Assembly: GCA_043811375.1 (NCBI GenBank)
Contig: JBDRNJ010000006.1
Span: 1 to 64,000 of the forward strand
Reading direction: 5' to 3'
DNA from: a bacterium
Lineage (GTDB): Bacteria; Zixibacteria; MSB-5A5; GN15; FEB-12
DNA: 64,000 nucleotides
Shown: piece after piece, positions 63,058 through 64,000 of the stretch
Layout of the letters: the number at the start of each line of letters is the position of its first letter
Position numbering within the stretch: the first letter of the stretch is position 1
Notes under the pieces: model-generated
Told to the model about the DNA's origin: nothing
The model's input: only the letters and a program-made list of their open reading frames with translations
Database searches by the model: none
Translations under genes and position numbers: made by a program

Positions 63058-64000
63058 TTATGGACCCTCTGTGACGATCACGGTATCAACCGCCGCAGCC
63101 GTGCCGCAGCCGTTACTGATGAGCAGGGTCACGGGGTAATGGCCGGTGTCGGCATACTTGTGTGTCGCTGTCGGGCCGGTGGCGGTGGAGTCATCGCCAA
63201 AATTCCAACTCCAGTTCAGAATGACGCCGGGCGAAGCATCATCAAAGGCGAACTCGGTCGTGGTGTCTCCGGTGGTGGGGCCAATGCCGAACGAAACAGT
63301 GTAGAGGGTGTCTGACAGTGTTACAAAACCGGCCTGAACCACTGTAGCCTCACCGCAAGCGCCCCAGACCTGCAGGGTGCAGTCGTATACACCCGGACTG
63401 GTGTAGGCGTGTACCGGATTGGAATCGTTGGCCAGACTGGTACCGTCGCCGAAAAACCAGAGCAGGCTGTCCAGGGCACCGGTTGATTCGCTTTTGAATT
63501 TAACCTGAAACTGTCGAGATGGCAGGTGGCAGCCCTCGGTCGGACTCTCGGCAATGAAATTGGCGTCGGTGGTAGCATAGGCTGTGATGGTGTCGACCGC
63601 TACGGCGGTGCCGCCGTCACTGGTGGCGGTCAGGCTGCAGATGTACACTCCCGCCACGGTGAACGTGATGGTGGTATCCTGGCTGTCGGACGTGGCAACA
63701 TCCCCGAGGGTCCAGTACCAACTCTGCATGGCGTGGTTGGGGCCGGCATCAGATGAATCGCGAAAAACAACTGTCAGAGGTACACATCCCTCGCGTGGAA
63801 TGGCGCTAAAAGCGACCTCCGGACATTCACCTATGTGTATCATGCTGTCGTTGGTAATCACTTTGGTGCCGCAATTGCCCCAGGCCGTCAGCGTTACATT
63901 GAAATACCCGGATGAGTCGTAAATGTGTGTGGGAGTGGTGTCTGTCGACCAGGCGGTCCCGTCACCGAAGTCCCACCGGAACGAATCCACAGCCCCATAT
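63058..64000 (-). CDS. PKD-repeat surface protein, C-terminal part (truncated by window end)
   Basis: Four WDFGDG-type repeats with HxY..G.Y.V.L. Confidence 0.9.
   Translation of the reverse strand, partial: YGAVDSFRWDFGDGTAWSTDTTPTHIYDSSGYFNVTLTAWGNCGTKVITNDSMIHIGECPEVAFSAIPREGCVPLTVVFRDSSDAGPNHAMQSWYWTLGDVATSDSQDTTITFTVAGVYICSLTATSDGGTAVAVDTITAYATTDANFIAESPTEGCHLPSRQFQVKFKSESTGALDSLLWFFGDGTSLANDSNPVHAYTSPGVYDCTLQVWGACGEATVVQAGFVTLSDTLYTVSFGIGPTTGDTTTEFAFDDASPGVILNWSWNFGDDSTATGPTATHKYADTGHYPVTLLISNGCGTAAAVDTVIVTEGP

Noticed and set aside
1..64000. CRISPR array, rRNA, intron/intein, IS transposase
   Set aside because: No regularly spaced repeats, rRNA motifs, large in-frame insertions in core genes or transposase ORFs were seen.

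Overview
Bacterial core-genome window. Secreted proteins with cohesin/dockerin-like and PNPFN C-terminal domains suggest an FCB-group lineage such as Zixibacteria (inference). Bases 1-34.4 kb hold the complete tuf-rpmG-tRNA(Trp)-secE-nusG-rplKAJL-rpoBC-rpsLG-fusA-tuf-S10-spc-alpha superoperon. It is unusually interrupted between rplL and rpoB by a 3-gene cassette (TPP-dependent E1 alpha/beta plus a hexapeptide-repeat acyltransferase). Bases 35-64 kb hold housekeeping and envelope genes (plsY, gpsA, surE, apt, GH57, priA, TPR, PKD and secreted proteins), four more tRNAs, a small integrase-less island at tRNA-Arg bounded by degenerate direct repeats, and REP-like palindrome clusters. The most striking unannotated signal is at 61.3-62.5 kb: a 28-codon Leu/Ile/Val-rich leader ORF with a complete antiterminator/terminator attenuator layout, directly upstream of an AsnRS-like paralog lacking the anticodon-binding domain.
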